A stretch of 64,000 bases of DNA from Planctomycetota bacterium (GTDB taxonomy: Bacteria > Planctomycetota > GCA-002687715 > CAIWVZ01), in contig JBGANV010000006.1 of NCBI GenBank assembly GCA_044222185.1, forward strand, positions 344,108 through 408,107, in the 5' to 3' direction. Below, piece after piece: positions 11,869 through 22,182 of the stretch. The notes beneath the pieces were generated by a model. The model did not search any database. It was not told the DNA's origin and was given only the letters and a program-made list of their open reading frames with translations. A program made the position numbers and the translations under genes. The stretch's first letter is position 1, and each line of letters opens with the position of its first letter.

Positions 11869-12100
11869 CGGAGCGCCGCGCTCCGCGCGGCTGGACGGCA
11901 GGGCTCCGCCCTGCCTGAATTCAGACGGCCGATCCCATTCCGACCATTCGCACGGAGAGGCCCACGCGGCCGCGAGCGATCGGCCGGAGCGCCGCGCTCC
12001 GCGCGGCTGGACGGCAGGGCTCTGCCCTGCCTGAATTCAGACGGCCGATCCCATCCCGACGGTTCGCACGGAGACGCCCACGCGGCCGCGAGCGATCGGC
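11869..12100. repeat. REP-like tandem array 1: 2 x 116 bp
   Basis: Near-identical units start at 11869 and 11985, each opening with CGGAGC-GCCGCGCTCCGCGCGGC-TGGAC-GGCAGGGCTCYGCCCTGCC; lies between convergent genes. Confidence 0.92.
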
Positions 12101-12182
12101 GATGCCCCGCGTTCCGTTCCAGGCAGGAGCCCTGCCATCCAGCCGTTCGAATGCCGGCGCGCCCGATGTCGTCGACCGGCCC

Positions 12183-14366
12183 TCACTGCGACGTGAAGCG
12201 CACGACGGGTGACGTCGGCCCGAGCGCGGCGCCGGTGAAGTCGAACGCCAGCGCGTCCACGGACAGCCCCGGCGGGACGGCGAGCGGGCCGAAGTTCGTG
12301 GTGACGGTCGAGGTCACGAAGTGGATCGGCGGCGTTCCCACCGGCAACGACACCTCGAAGATCAGGAACGACACGTCAGTGGCGCACAGCCCCAGGAGCG
12401 GACCGCTCCCGGGCGCGCCCGGGCACAGCTCCAGGCTGAAGAGGTTGAAGTACTCGTGGCCGGGCAGGAGTCCGTCGTTGGCGACGAACACGCCCGTGCC
12501 CGGACCGCCGGGCTGACTGAGCGTCAGGATCGGCGTGGACGGGATCGCCGTCGTCGTCAGCGTGGACGCCGCGGACTTGGCCGGGTCACCGAGCGAGCCG
12601 ACGGTGACGGTGAGGGCGCTCGTCGAGTTCAACGCCGCATTGGCCGGCACGCTCACCGTCACGGTGAACGACTGCGTCGCGCCCGCCGCGATCGGTCCCA
12701 CGGTCGCGCCGCTCGCCGACGCGGACCACGTCGACGCGCCGAGCGACACGCCGAACGTCTCGGCCACGTAGCTCGTGTTGGTGATCGTGAGCGTGTAGGT
12801 CGAGCTCCCGCCGCGGGGACCTGGCTGCGCCGCCGTCGGCGGCGTCAACGTCAAGCTGTACACGGCGTTCACCGCCGCGAGCACGTCCAGTCGCCCCGCG
12901 CCGTACGTGTTGTTCGGCGATCCGCTGCTGCTGCAGCTGGTGCTGTTGACGTGCACCGCCGAGTTCATGAGGACCTGCTCGGTGGCGGTGATCTGCCCCC
13001 GCAGCGCCGGCCGCGCCGACCACAAGAGCGCCACGGCGCCCGCCACGTGCGGCGTCGCCATGGACGTACCGGAGAGCGAGGCGTAGCTGTTCCCCGGCAC
13101 CGACGACGAGACGCCCTGCCCGGGCGCCGCGATGTCCGGCTTCATGCGATTCGAGCTGTCGACCGTCACGGGACCGCGACTCGAGAAGCTCGAGATGTTG
13201 CCCGTGGAGATGCTGTGCGAACCCACGGTGAAGTTGTCGTCGTAGATCGCGGGTGGATCCGTGACCGTGCCGCAGCTCGGACCCGAGTTTCCGGCGGCGA
13301 CGACCGTCATGATCCCGGCCGCGCGCTGAGCCGCGCACGCCGCGAGCAACGTGGGCGGCGAGCAGCCCTCCGACGTGGGGCATCCCCACGAGTTCGTCGT
13401 GAGGTCGGGCCCGAGCAGGGGGTTGCCCTGCGCGGGGGTTCCGCCGAGCGGATAGGGCGCGAGGAACCACTCGAAGGATTCGAGGTAGGTCGCGGGCGTG
13501 CCGTTGCCCTGGTCCATATCGCGGCAGCCGATCCAGCGAGCTCCGGGAGCCATGCCGATCTGATGCGTGGCGCCGTCGTCACCGCAGACGGTGCCCATGG
13601 TGTGTGTCCCGTGGCTGTTGTCGTCGCACGGGGCGGTCGTGTTCGCGCCGCAGGAGCCGCCGCCGCTGTGGATGCTGTCGTGCCAATTCAGGCTGTGCGA
13701 CGCCGTCGTCCCGTTCCAGCCACGGTACTGGTTGATGATCGCGGGGTGATCCCACTGATATCCCGTGTCCTGTCCGCCGACGACGATCCCCTGGCCGGTG
13801 AAGCCGAGGGCCCAGACGGCCGGCGCGTTCGTGTACGCCACGTGGCTCGAGATCGTCTTCAGCAGGCTCGGCGGCTCGTCCACGATCGCGGGCGTCGTCG
13901 CATCGACGAGTCCACGCACCACCGGGTTGCCGTCGATGCGCGCGACGTCCGAGCGACGCGCGAGTTCGAGGGCGACTTCCCGCGTGCCCTTCACCAGCAG
14001 GAGATTGACGATGTAGAACGAGCGGTATTCGATGCGGTGCTCGTCGAGCCAGGCGCGCAGGGGCTTCTGGGTCTCTTGAGCCTTCTGCCACAGCGCGCGG
14101 TAGACGAACGTCCCCTTCTCCGCCTTCGTCGCGAGCTTCTCGGCCGGCGAGAGGTCGGCCTGATCGGCGAGGACGACGAGGAACTCGGCGGCTTCTCCGC
14201 GCTCGGTGTGCAGCGACACCCAGGGCGCGAGCTTCCGCATGGGGTCGGATTCCTGCGGTCGCGCCTCCTGCGCCGGCAGCATGGCAGTTGCGGAGGCGAG
14301 CACGAGGGCGCACGGAAGAACCCACCCGGCGCCGGAGGGCCGGCGGGATTGACTCAGTCTGTTCAT
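12183..14366 (-). CDS. Secreted S8 (subtilisin-like, bacillopeptidase F-like) serine peptidase with Ig-like and unnamed C-terminal domains
   Basis: Triad 'GQDTG', 'SHGTHTMG', 'GTSMATPHVAG'; oxyanion 'AAGNSG'; signal peptide and propeptide. Confidence 0.93.
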   Translation of the reverse strand: MNRLSQSRRPSGAGWVLPCALVLASATAMLPAQEARPQESDPMRKLAPWVSLHTERGEAAEFLVVLADQADLSPAEKLATKAEKGTFVYRALWQKAQETQKPLRAWLDEHRIEYRSFYIVNLLLVKGTREVALELARRSDVARIDGNPVVRGLVDATTPAIVDEPPSLLKTISSHVAYTNAPAVWALGFTGQGIVVGGQDTGYQWDHPAIINQYRGWNGTTASHSLNWHDSIHSGGGSCGANTTAPCDDNSHGTHTMGTVCGDDGATHQIGMAPGARWIGCRDMDQGNGTPATYLESFEWFLAPYPLGGTPAQGNPLLGPDLTTNSWGCPTSEGCSPPTLLAACAAQRAAGIMTVVAAGNSGPSCGTVTDPPAIYDDNFTVGSHSISTGNISSFSSRGPVTVDSSNRMKPDIAAPGQGVSSSVPGNSYASLSGTSMATPHVAGAVALLWSARPALRGQITATEQVLMNSAVHVNSTSCSSSGSPNNTYGAGRLDVLAAVNAVYSLTLTPPTAAQPGPRGGSSTYTLTITNTSYVAETFGVSLGASTWSASASGATVGPIAAGATQSFTVTVSVPANAALNSTSALTVTVGSLGDPAKSAASTLTTTAIPSTPILTLSQPGGPGTGVFVANDGLLPGHEYFNLFSLELCPGAPGSGPLLGLCATDVSFLIFEVSLPVGTPPIHFVTSTVTTNFGPLAVPPGLSVDALAFDFTGAALGPTSPVVRFTSQ

Positions 14367-14446
14367 GGCGACTTCAGCGCTCGCGTGGAGCGCTCCAACG
14401 CTTCGAGGACGCTTCGGATCAGCAACGGTGCTGGGGCGCGCCGATC

Positions 14447-15613
14447 TTACACGCCGAGCCGCGAGCGGTGGTAGATGAGGCACGCTCGCAGTGGCCAGGT
14501 CGCGGACCGATCATCCTCCGCCGGCCTCGCGACGAAATCCCACGATTCGCCGGGGCTTTCCCGCCGAAGCAGGCCCACGTCTCCGCCATTGTCGAGGAGG
14601 ATGGCCTCTTTTGCGCCACCCGCGGCAAGCGCGAGCGCGAGGTCACGGATCGTGGTTCCTTCGCGGTTCGAGCGGCCCGTGACGACGACCGATGCAACCG
14701 ACCCGTCCTCGTCCACGGCAAGCGCGTGGTGGGGATAGATCCCGGGAAGGAACGCGATCGTGATGGCGCGATCGTCGATGGCGAACGTGCCCGGCTCATC
14801 CACGACGATGGTTTCGCGGTAGCCCTTCTGGATGAGCGCCGGCCGCAGGCGCTCGGGGCTGATCCGGTACATGAGCGTGGACGCGTCGAGGAGGTTGTTG
14901 ACGGGGAGGTTCTCGATGAGCGCGAGCCGGACCGGCTCACCTTGGACGGCGCGGTAGCGCAGCTCGCGGTTGCTCATCATGCGATCGAGGGCGAAGTCGA
15001 CCTTCAGGCCGCTCGCCAACTCGACCCAGGCGGGGAGGACGAGATGCCGCAGGTCCGCGTACTCGTCGGCGTCCGGCGGAAGCGGGATCCCGTTCCGCAC
15101 CAGGAGCGGCCCGGTGACCACGAAGTCGTCCTCGTCGAACACGCTCGTGGGCGCAAGCGCAGCCGCGAGCGCATCGCCTTCGAGGAGGTCGCCCTTCGAT
15201 CCGCCTCGAACGCGAACGCCCGCGCGCATCGGACCCGCTATGCCGAACCGTCCCGCGGAGTTCCGCGCGAGGACGCCGCGATTGCAGAGGAGGTTCCCAC
15301 AGCCCGTCACCGCGACCGGCAGTCGGTCGGGACGCTGGTCTTCGAAACGAGCCAGGTGTGAGTCGCCGTCCGCGAGCACGGGTAGGAACCCCGCGCGTTG
15401 ATGCTCCGGCGTCGTCACGCGCACGCCACGACCGTTGCGTTCACCGATGACGTAGGCCGGACCGTCGCCGCGGACGACGCCGCGCGATCCACGAGCCTCG
15501 GCCTGCACGGAAAGCGATACGAGAACCTCGCCCGGTTCGGTCCGGAAGACGAGAGTCGCGACGTTCGACGGATCACCTTGCGGGGTCGAGCGGGCGGGGA
15601 CGGCAGGGTTCAC
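14447..15613 (-). CDS. Hypothetical protein with divergent phosphodiester glycosidase (NAGPA)-like C-terminus
   Basis: 'HHALAVDEDG...VVVTGRSNREGTTIRDLALALAAGGAKEAILLDNGGD' resembles the NAGPA 'DGR...GA..A.NLDGGGS' motif; GTG 15613 lies 7 nt after TACAAT. Confidence 0.6.
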   Translation of the reverse strand: MNPAVPARSTPQGDPSNVATLVFRTEPGEVLVSLSVQAEARGSRGVVRGDGPAYVIGERNGRGVRVTTPEHQRAGFLPVLADGDSHLARFEDQRPDRLPVAVTGCGNLLCNRGVLARNSAGRFGIAGPMRAGVRVRGGSKGDLLEGDALAAALAPTSVFDEDDFVVTGPLLVRNGIPLPPDADEYADLRHLVLPAWVELASGLKVDFALDRMMSNRELRYRAVQGEPVRLALIENLPVNNLLDASTLMYRISPERLRPALIQKGYRETIVVDEPGTFAIDDRAITIAFLPGIYPHHALAVDEDGSVASVVVTGRSNREGTTIRDLALALAAGGAKEAILLDNGGDVGLLRRESPGESWDFVARPAEDDRSATWPLRACLIYHRSRLGV

Positions 15614-15645
15614 GGGCGGGATTGTAGGTGGGCGCAGGCCGCGGT

Positions 15646-18600
15646 CTACCTGCGAGCGCGAGTGCCGGGGAGGATTCTCGTTTGATACCCGTCGCGCCAC
15701 GCGCGCTGGACGGCGCCATCGGGGAAGTGCTCGTCTTCGCGGTACGGATAATTCGACATTCCGCGGAAGGGGAGGGGCTCGACCGTGTAGGGATGCGCCG
15801 TGTGCGGGTCCATGTCCTTGCACCAGCCGAACGCATCGAGCACCCAGGTGCGGGTCATCCCCGGGGCGGGCGCGGGCGGCTCGGGGAATTCCAGTGAGAT
15901 TTCCTCGCCTCCGCCATAAACCACGAAGCAGTCGTCGGCGTCAGTGAGGAGTTCCTTGACGTCGCCGAAGCGCGTGAACGCGCCGGCGAGGCACTTCCAC
16001 GGGAACGACGGGTCCATGATGTTGCCGTCGTAGAGACGCGGCGCGCGGCCGTCGGGGGAATACTCGCGCGGATAACCCGTGAATCGGAGATCCGCCGTGA
16101 CGGGGTCGAGCGCGCGGACCGTGAGTGGAACGTCCACGGGCTCGGTGAGCCAGATCCGATCGACGTAGAACTCCTGGTTCGTGCGCAGACGCATGCGGCC
16201 CGTGAGGTTCGCCGGCAGCGCGCCGAGGGGAAGCGTCATCGTGCGCGACAGGCCCGCGGGGTAGCACGCGTCGTTCATCAGCGCGACGAAACCGCGACCG
16301 GCCACCTCCACGTCCACGCCCAGGCCTTCGAGGCGGACTCCCGCCTGCGCGGCGGCGATGTTCACGTGCGAGTAGGGGTACTCGACCCAGCCGTCGAGGC
16401 CGAGGACGGTGGCCTTCGTTTCCGAGACGCGGCGCAGCGCGTCACCGAAATCGAACACGAATGCGGACGGCTCGGCGAATCCGATGAACCGCGGATCGGG
16501 TTTCGTCGACGCGTAGGTGCGGTCGATGGCGGAGACTTCGCGCAGGACGTCGCGGCCGTCCGGGCCCGTGGCCGCGATGGGGAAGTGACGCTCGCGGATC
16601 GCCAGGAGCTTGCCGTCGGGCTGGGGCGCCGTGATCGCGAACCGCTCGTCGGGAATCACGTCGACGTCGATCGGGTGATCGACGGCGAGGAGCTTCACGC
16701 GATCGAGGTAGCAGACCTCCTCGAACGGCTCGTGGATGCGGATCGGGATGCGACCGCCCTTCGACGCGAGTCTGGGAATCAGGACCAGCTCGCTCGGATC
16801 GGGCGGACCGAACTCGCCCGGCGACAGGGCGAATCCCAGCCCGCCGACGCCGAGGAAGTCCGTGACGAGGTCCCAACGCTCGCCCGTCCACACGAAGAGC
16901 ATGGGGCACGACGAACCCTTGCGCTGGAACTCTTCGATGACCTTCTTCTGGTCGCCGGGCACGGAGCCCTCCGATTGAAGCACGTCGTCGGGCCACGTGA
17001 TGCGGACGTAGTCGGCCGTGCCGTTCACGCCCAGTCCGAAGTGGAGGTTCGACGGCCCCGAGCCCGGCGTGCCGTCGGACGCGCGCAGCTCGCGGACCCG
17101 GAAGTTCGTTCCCGTCATCACCTCGACGCGGGCGCCGATGCCGCCGGCGTTCGCACGCATCTTGCCCGGATCGATGCGCCCCGCGAGCTTGATGTCGAGG
17201 GCGTGATTCCCTGCGGATTTCGTTCCGAAGTACACGGCCGTGGAGACCTCCGTGCCCACGCAGAGGTCGGGCGCGAGGTCGCCGTTCACGTCGGCGATCA
17301 CGAACGCGGTCGGACGGGGCGAGTTCGTCGTGGGATCCGGAGGCAGCGGCCATTCCAGCGTCGCCGCGAACGAGCCGGACCGGATCACCGACGCGGGGAT
17401 CACGCGGATCGACTTCGATCCGACGACGACGAGTTCGTCCGTCCCGTCGCCATCCAGGTCGGCGAGGCGACACAGGCCCGCGGAGCCATCTTGCGGCGCG
17501 GCGGCTGCGACGGCGTTGAACGTGATCTGGAACGGGCTCGATGTCACTTGCCGATACAGGCCGAGGCCTGCCTTGCCCGAGACGACGAGGTCCGTGGCGC
17601 GATCGGCGTCTGCGTCTTCCACGATGAAGGACGTGACGTCGTTCAGTTCGAACAGGCCGCTTCGGGCCGTCACGTCCGTGAATCGCAGCAGGCGTTCGTT
17701 GCGCCAGATCCGCACCCCGCCCTTGCCCGAGAAGACGAGGTCCGCATCCGCGTCGCCGTCCAGGTCGGCGGCGCAGACGCGATCGAAATCTGAAAGCGAC
17801 GGCAGCGGTGGCGGGCGGAATGCCCCGGGGCGTGACTCGGGCGCGCCCGACTGGCCAGGGGCTTCGACGAACGATCCGTCGCGCTCGTTCAGGAAGATGT
17901 CGAGGCGGTTCCCCTGCGGCGGGTCACCTCGTCCATCGGACTCGAGAAGGATGACGTCGACGTCCGCGTCCTGGTCGATGTCGGCAACGCAGGCGGAGCG
18001 GATGCGACGGAACATGGGCCGCCTCTCCTCCCAGCCCTTCGGGAACGCCATCCGGCGATACTGCCCGTCGCGGAAGAGGAACTCGGACGCCCGTCCGCCA
18101 CCGATGACGAGCAAGTCCGTGGAGCCGTTCTGATCCAGGTCGGCGGCGATGAGCTGATCGACGGGATCCTCGTCGTCGATCTGCGCCACCTCCGCGTCAG
18201 GCCGCGAAACGAGCTTCCCCGATTCCCACGACGAGAGCCGGATCCCGCGCTTCTCTCCGCGCGTGGCCACGATGGTCGTGCCGCCCTGATCGAACACGGC
18301 GAGCAGGGCCCCCGCGATCGACGTGACGTGGACCTCGGAGGCCGTGAGTTTCGTCGGCGGAGTCTGCGCGGCAACACCGAGTCCCGGATCCCGCACGGCC
18401 TCGCCGAGCCGCCCCATCTCCGTGTAGATGATGCGACGCTTGTTGCCGGTCTCGGCTCGCTCGAACGCTTGGAAGAGCGTGAGGAGTTGTTCCTGGGCGG
18501 CGCGGTCCGTGCGGCGCTTGAGTCCCGCGAGCGCGTAGATCGCCGAGGACAGGTGCGTTTCGCCCGCGACGGACTTCTCGAGCAGTTCGACGCCGGCCTT

Positions 18601-19047
18601 CAGGTCGTGCTCGGCGACGAGCGTGCCCAGGTGATAGAGCGCTGTCGGATCGTCGGGCGCGCGCGCGAGCGCTTCCTTGAACGCCTCCTCCGCCTCGGCG
18701 CTGCGGCCCAGATGCTTCAGGAGGATCCCGCGCAGGAAGTGGGGCTGGGGCGCCTTCGGATCCAACGCGATCGCCTTGCCGCACGCGTCGAAGCAAGGCT
18801 GGTGCGTTTCGATGAGGTTGCGATTGAGCTGGGCCGAGGCGTAGTTGATCCACGCGGGCGCGTGATCGGGGCGAGCCTTCGTGCACGCATCGAACGTCTT
18901 CGATGCATCCACGAACTGATGCTGCTCCAGCTCGACGATGCCTCGGTTGAAGAGCGCGACGTAATCGACCGGAGGCTCGCCGCCCGTGCCGCATCCACTG
19001 AGCGTGCCGAGCAGAACGCCGACACCGAGGAGGACGAACCGCTTCAT
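15646..19047 (-). CDS. Lipoprotein with TPR, FG-GAP and ASPIC/UnbV domains (CRTAC1-like)
   Basis: Lipobox 'LSGC', N-terminal TPRs, 'DLDxDGxxD' repeats, ASPIC/UnbV 'GIGARVEV...LHFGLG...RITWP', C-terminal 'SCPMLF' domain. Confidence 0.88.
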   Translation of the reverse strand: MKRFVLLGVGVLLGTLSGCGTGGEPPVDYVALFNRGIVELEQHQFVDASKTFDACTKARPDHAPAWINYASAQLNRNLIETHQPCFDACGKAIALDPKAPQPHFLRGILLKHLGRSAEAEEAFKEALARAPDDPTALYHLGTLVAEHDLKAGVELLEKSVAGETHLSSAIYALAGLKRRTDRAAQEQLLTLFQAFERAETGNKRRIIYTEMGRLGEAVRDPGLGVAAQTPPTKLTASEVHVTSIAGALLAVFDQGGTTIVATRGEKRGIRLSSWESGKLVSRPDAEVAQIDDEDPVDQLIAADLDQNGSTDLLVIGGGRASEFLFRDGQYRRMAFPKGWEERRPMFRRIRSACVADIDQDADVDVILLESDGRGDPPQGNRLDIFLNERDGSFVEAPGQSGAPESRPGAFRPPPLPSLSDFDRVCAADLDGDADADLVFSGKGGVRIWRNERLLRFTDVTARSGLFELNDVTSFIVEDADADRATDLVVSGKAGLGLYRQVTSSPFQITFNAVAAAAPQDGSAGLCRLADLDGDGTDELVVVGSKSIRVIPASVIRSGSFAATLEWPLPPDPTTNSPRPTAFVIADVNGDLAPDLCVGTEVSTAVYFGTKSAGNHALDIKLAGRIDPGKMRANAGGIGARVEVMTGTNFRVRELRASDGTPGSGPSNLHFGLGVNGTADYVRITWPDDVLQSEGSVPGDQKKVIEEFQRKGSSCPMLFVWTGERWDLVTDFLGVGGLGFALSPGEFGPPDPSELVLIPRLASKGGRIPIRIHEPFEEVCYLDRVKLLAVDHPIDVDVIPDERFAITAPQPDGKLLAIRERHFPIAATGPDGRDVLREVSAIDRTYASTKPDPRFIGFAEPSAFVFDFGDALRRVSETKATVLGLDGWVEYPYSHVNIAAAQAGVRLEGLGVDVEVAGRGFVALMNDACYPAGLSRTMTLPLGALPANLTGRMRLRTNQEFYVDRIWLTEPVDVPLTVRALDPVTADLRFTGYPREYSPDGRAPRLYDGNIMDPSFPWKCLAGAFTRFGDVKELLTDADDCFVVYGGGEEISLEFPEPPAPAPGMTRTWVLDAFGWCKDMDPHTAHPYTVEPLPFRGMSNYPYREDEHFPDGAVQRAWRDGYQTRILPGTRARR

Positions 19048-20063
19048 CGTTCAGTCTCCCGAGTTCCGAGTCCCAAGTTGCGCTTGGCGTCGTCGATCCG
19101 ACGGTCGAGTTCGCGCACGGTGTGGTCGGCGGGCTTCTGCGGCCCCAGGAATCCAGGTTGCTGCTGGAGTCGATAGGCTCGCCCCCGGCGATGGGCGAGG
19201 AAGTTGTGGAGTTGCCGTTCGGCACGAGCCGCGCGCAACGACGCGAGGTCGAGTGGCCCGACGACGATCTTCTCGCCGGGCCCCGGATCGGCCTGGGTCA
19301 GGATGCGACCGTCGAAATCCACGATCATGCTGCCGCCGGGCCACGAGAACGGCGGATAGTTCGCGAGCGACGCACCCTGGTTCGCGGCGACGACGTACGC
19401 GAGGTTTTCGACGGCGCGACAACGGTTGACGACGGTCCACCAGTCCATGGGCGGCGTCGCACCCCACGGGTCCATGTAGGCCGAGATGCGGATGAGCACT
19501 TCGGCGCCGCCGAGCGCCAGCTCGCGCGTGACCTCGGGGAAGAGCCAGTCGTAGCAGGTGGCGCACCCGAGCTTGCCGATCTCCGTGTCGACGACGGGGA
19601 ACAGCGGTTCGTCGTAGCCGGGGAGGTCCGCCGGGCTCGCGTGCACCTCCCACGGGATCCACGGGTTCACCTTGCGATACCGCGAGAGGATGCCGTCCGG
19701 TCCGATGAGCGGCGACGCGTTGAACACGAGCCCGGGCCAGCGCGGATCCGTCTCGATGAGGCTGCCGGCCTGGATGTAGACGCCGAGCTCGCGCGCGAGG
19801 GCGACGAGGCGATCGGTGTGCGGATTGGGGATCGGCAGCGCCAGGTGTTCGATCAGCTGGTCGACGTGCTCGTAGCTCGGCGGTGACCACGCGAACTCGG
19901 GGAACACCACGAGGCCGATGCGATGCAGCGGGCGATACCCGACGACGGCGCACCGCGTCATTTCGATCATGCGGTCGACGTTGGCCGCGATGTCGTCGCG
20001 CGTGCGGGCTGAAGGACGGTCCCACTGGCACGCGGCGACCCAGGTTCGGTCGCGTGGGGTCAT
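19044..20063 (-). CDS. Nitrilase-family carbon-nitrogen hydrolase
   Basis: Glu-Lys-Cys triad 'VFPEF', 'YRKVNP', 'TCYDWLFPE'. Confidence 0.9.
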   Translation of the reverse strand: MTPRDRTWVAACQWDRPSARTRDDIAANVDRMIEMTRCAVVGYRPLHRIGLVVFPEFAWSPPSYEHVDQLIEHLALPIPNPHTDRLVALARELGVYIQAGSLIETDPRWPGLVFNASPLIGPDGILSRYRKVNPWIPWEVHASPADLPGYDEPLFPVVDTEIGKLGCATCYDWLFPEVTRELALGGAEVLIRISAYMDPWGATPPMDWWTVVNRCRAVENLAYVVAANQGASLANYPPFSWPGGSMIVDFDGRILTQADPGPGEKIVVGPLDLASLRAARAERQLHNFLAHRRGRAYRLQQQPGFLGPQKPADHTVRELDRRIDDAKRNLGLGTRETER

Positions 20064-20103
20064 GGCGGCGCAGCATAGCAGCGCCGAATCCGGCGGATTC
20101 TCG

Positions 20104-21048
20104 TCAGAGTTCTTCGATGGCGTCGGGCACGCCGTCGAGGACACGCGGCAGGTCCGCCTCGGTGATCGCGAGCGCGGCGAGTGCATGCGGGCCGGCGACG
20201 GCGCGGCCGTCGTCCTGCGAACCGACGTGCAGTCGATGGCACGCGTTGTTTGCGATCGCGATGATCGCCTGCGCCGCGGTGAGCGGGACGTCATCGGACT
20301 CGGAGTGGCGCTGGATGCAGTCGATGACCTCGTCCGGCAGGTTCCATTGGAGAGCGAGTTCGGCGCCTACCCGCTCGTGATGCTGCTGGATCGTCCAGTC
20401 GATGAACTCGCTGCGCAGAATCTTGTGCTGCGAGCGCACGGCGAGAGTGTCGAGGAGCGCGAGGACGACGGCCTTCCCGATGTCGTGGAACAGCCCCGCG
20501 AGGTAGAGGTCGTCCGGGTCGCGACCGACGTTCTTCGCGATACGTGCGGCGATGCATGCGCAGCCGATGGAGTGACGCCACAGGCGCTCGGCGCGCGGGA
20601 GTTCGGAACCGCCGTAGACGACGGCGCGCAGACACGACGCGAAGATCAGGCTGCGTGTCCTCCGGAACCCCACGCGAACGATGGCTTGGGGGATGTTCGT
20701 CACCGCCCCCGCGCCCGCGAACAACGCCGAGTTCGCAAACGAGACGACGTCGGAGGCGAGCTGCTGGTCCTTGTGAATGAGCGACGAGACGGCGGCCGCG
20801 TCCACGTCCGGGTGGGACAGAAGCCCCATGGCCTCGGCGGCGACGGCGGGGACTTGCGGGATGCGGAAGTGTCCCAGTCGCGTGTTGCGCTCGACGCGGG
20901 ATGCGAGAAGCGCCTCGGCGTCACCGAGTTCGATCACCGCGGGCTCGATCGTGACCGTGCCGGCACTCGCCACCCACCACGGTGGGGACGCAACCTGTTC
21001 CGCGACTCCGATCCCGGCTGTCACCCTGAGACCTCCGCTTGGCTTCAT
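20104..21048 (-). CDS. HDOD domain signalling protein
   Basis: 'PQVPAVA...IHKDQQLAS...ANSALF', 'LWRHS', 'LAGLFHDIGK', 'WNLPDEV'; start uncertain. Confidence 0.85.
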   Translation of the reverse strand: MKPSGGLRVTAGIGVAEQVASPPWWVASAGTVTIEPAVIELGDAEALLASRVERNTRLGHFRIPQVPAVAAEAMGLLSHPDVDAAAVSSLIHKDQQLASDVVSFANSALFAGAGAVTNIPQAIVRVGFRRTRSLIFASCLRAVVYGGSELPRAERLWRHSIGCACIAARIAKNVGRDPDDLYLAGLFHDIGKAVVLALLDTLAVRSQHKILRSEFIDWTIQQHHERVGAELALQWNLPDEVIDCIQRHSESDDVPLTAAQAIIAIANNACHRLHVGSQDDGRAVAGPHALAALAITEADLPRVLDGVPDAIEEL

Positions 21049-21217
21049 CGACCCGATCCTGACCTCGCTGCCTGAGTGGATCGGCAGACCGTGCCGTCGG
21101 AATTCAGCCCGTCTACGGAGTTTTTGCGGCGCGGCCCCGGACGCGGGTTGGGGCACGCGCTGGGGGCGACGCGGCGTGGGCAACGGCCCTTCGCACGACG
21201 ACGTGTAGACTCGGGCC

Positions 21218-22159
21218 ATGGGGCATGCAAACCGTCTGTTCCTCGCCTTCGTGACGCTCGTCGCCCTCGCCTGGGGGCAGGCCGCGGACACGCGCCCAGC
21301 GCCGCAGCCGGAGTCCCGGCGAACGATTCCTCTTGGGAAGGCCGCCCAGGCGATCGATTTCGATGGAACTCCGCTCGAGATCCACACGCTCAAGCCCCCG
21401 GGCTACGCGGGGGAGCGGATGCTCATCGTCATGCACGGCGTTCTGCGAAACGCCGACGAGTACAGGGACGATTCAGCGGGGATGGCCGAGCGCTTCGGCG
21501 CCCTCGTCATCGCGCCCAAGTTCGATGCGACGCGGTTCCCGAGCTGGCGCTATCAGCAGGGCGGAATTCGCGGGCCCGACTCCCGGCCGCGCACGTCCGA
21601 CGAGTGGACCTATGCGTTCATCCCGAAGATCGCCCGGGAGATCCGCAGGATCGAGGGGCGGCCACAGATGCCGTACTGGATCATCGGGCACTCGGCCGGC
21701 GGGCAGTTCGTGGCGCGCATGTCGGCGTTCCAGGACACGGGCGCCGAGCGGCTCGTGGCCGCCAATCCGGGCTCGGACCTGTTTCCCACTCGCGACATGA
21801 CGTTCGGGTACGGCTTCGGCGGGCTCCCCGAATCCCTCTCATCGGACGATCGTTTGAAGAGCTACCTGGCGGCTCCGCTGACGCTGTTCCTCGGGACGGC
21901 CGATGATCACCCGGACGAGAACTTCGACGGAAGCGCGCCGGCGATGAAGCAGGGCGCAGGCAGGTATCAGCGAGGGCTCGAGTGCTTCCGCCGCGGAAGG
22001 GAACTCGCGGCTGAGCGTCGGTGGGCGTTCAACTGGCGTCTCGTGGAGGCGCCGGGCATCGCGCACGACCACTCGAAGATGTTCGACCACCCGCAATGCG
22101 AGGTGGCGCTGTTCGGCCGGGCGACGGAGAGCCGGCCGTCGACGGCCGGCCGCGACTGA
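21218..22159 (+). CDS. Exported alpha/beta hydrolase
   Basis: Signal peptide; 'MHGVLRNA', nucleophile elbow 'GHSAGGQF', 'GIAH'. Confidence 0.82.
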   Translation: MGHANRLFLAFVTLVALAWGQAADTRPAPQPESRRTIPLGKAAQAIDFDGTPLEIHTLKPPGYAGERMLIVMHGVLRNADEYRDDSAGMAERFGALVIAPKFDATRFPSWRYQQGGIRGPDSRPRTSDEWTYAFIPKIAREIRRIEGRPQMPYWIIGHSAGGQFVARMSAFQDTGAERLVAANPGSDLFPTRDMTFGYGFGGLPESLSSDDRLKSYLAAPLTLFLGTADDHPDENFDGSAPAMKQGAGRYQRGLECFRRGRELAAERRWAFNWRLVEAPGIAHDHSKMFDHPQCEVALFGRATESRPSTAGRD

Positions 22160-22182
22160 GGGCGGTCATCCGCCCTCGCGGT

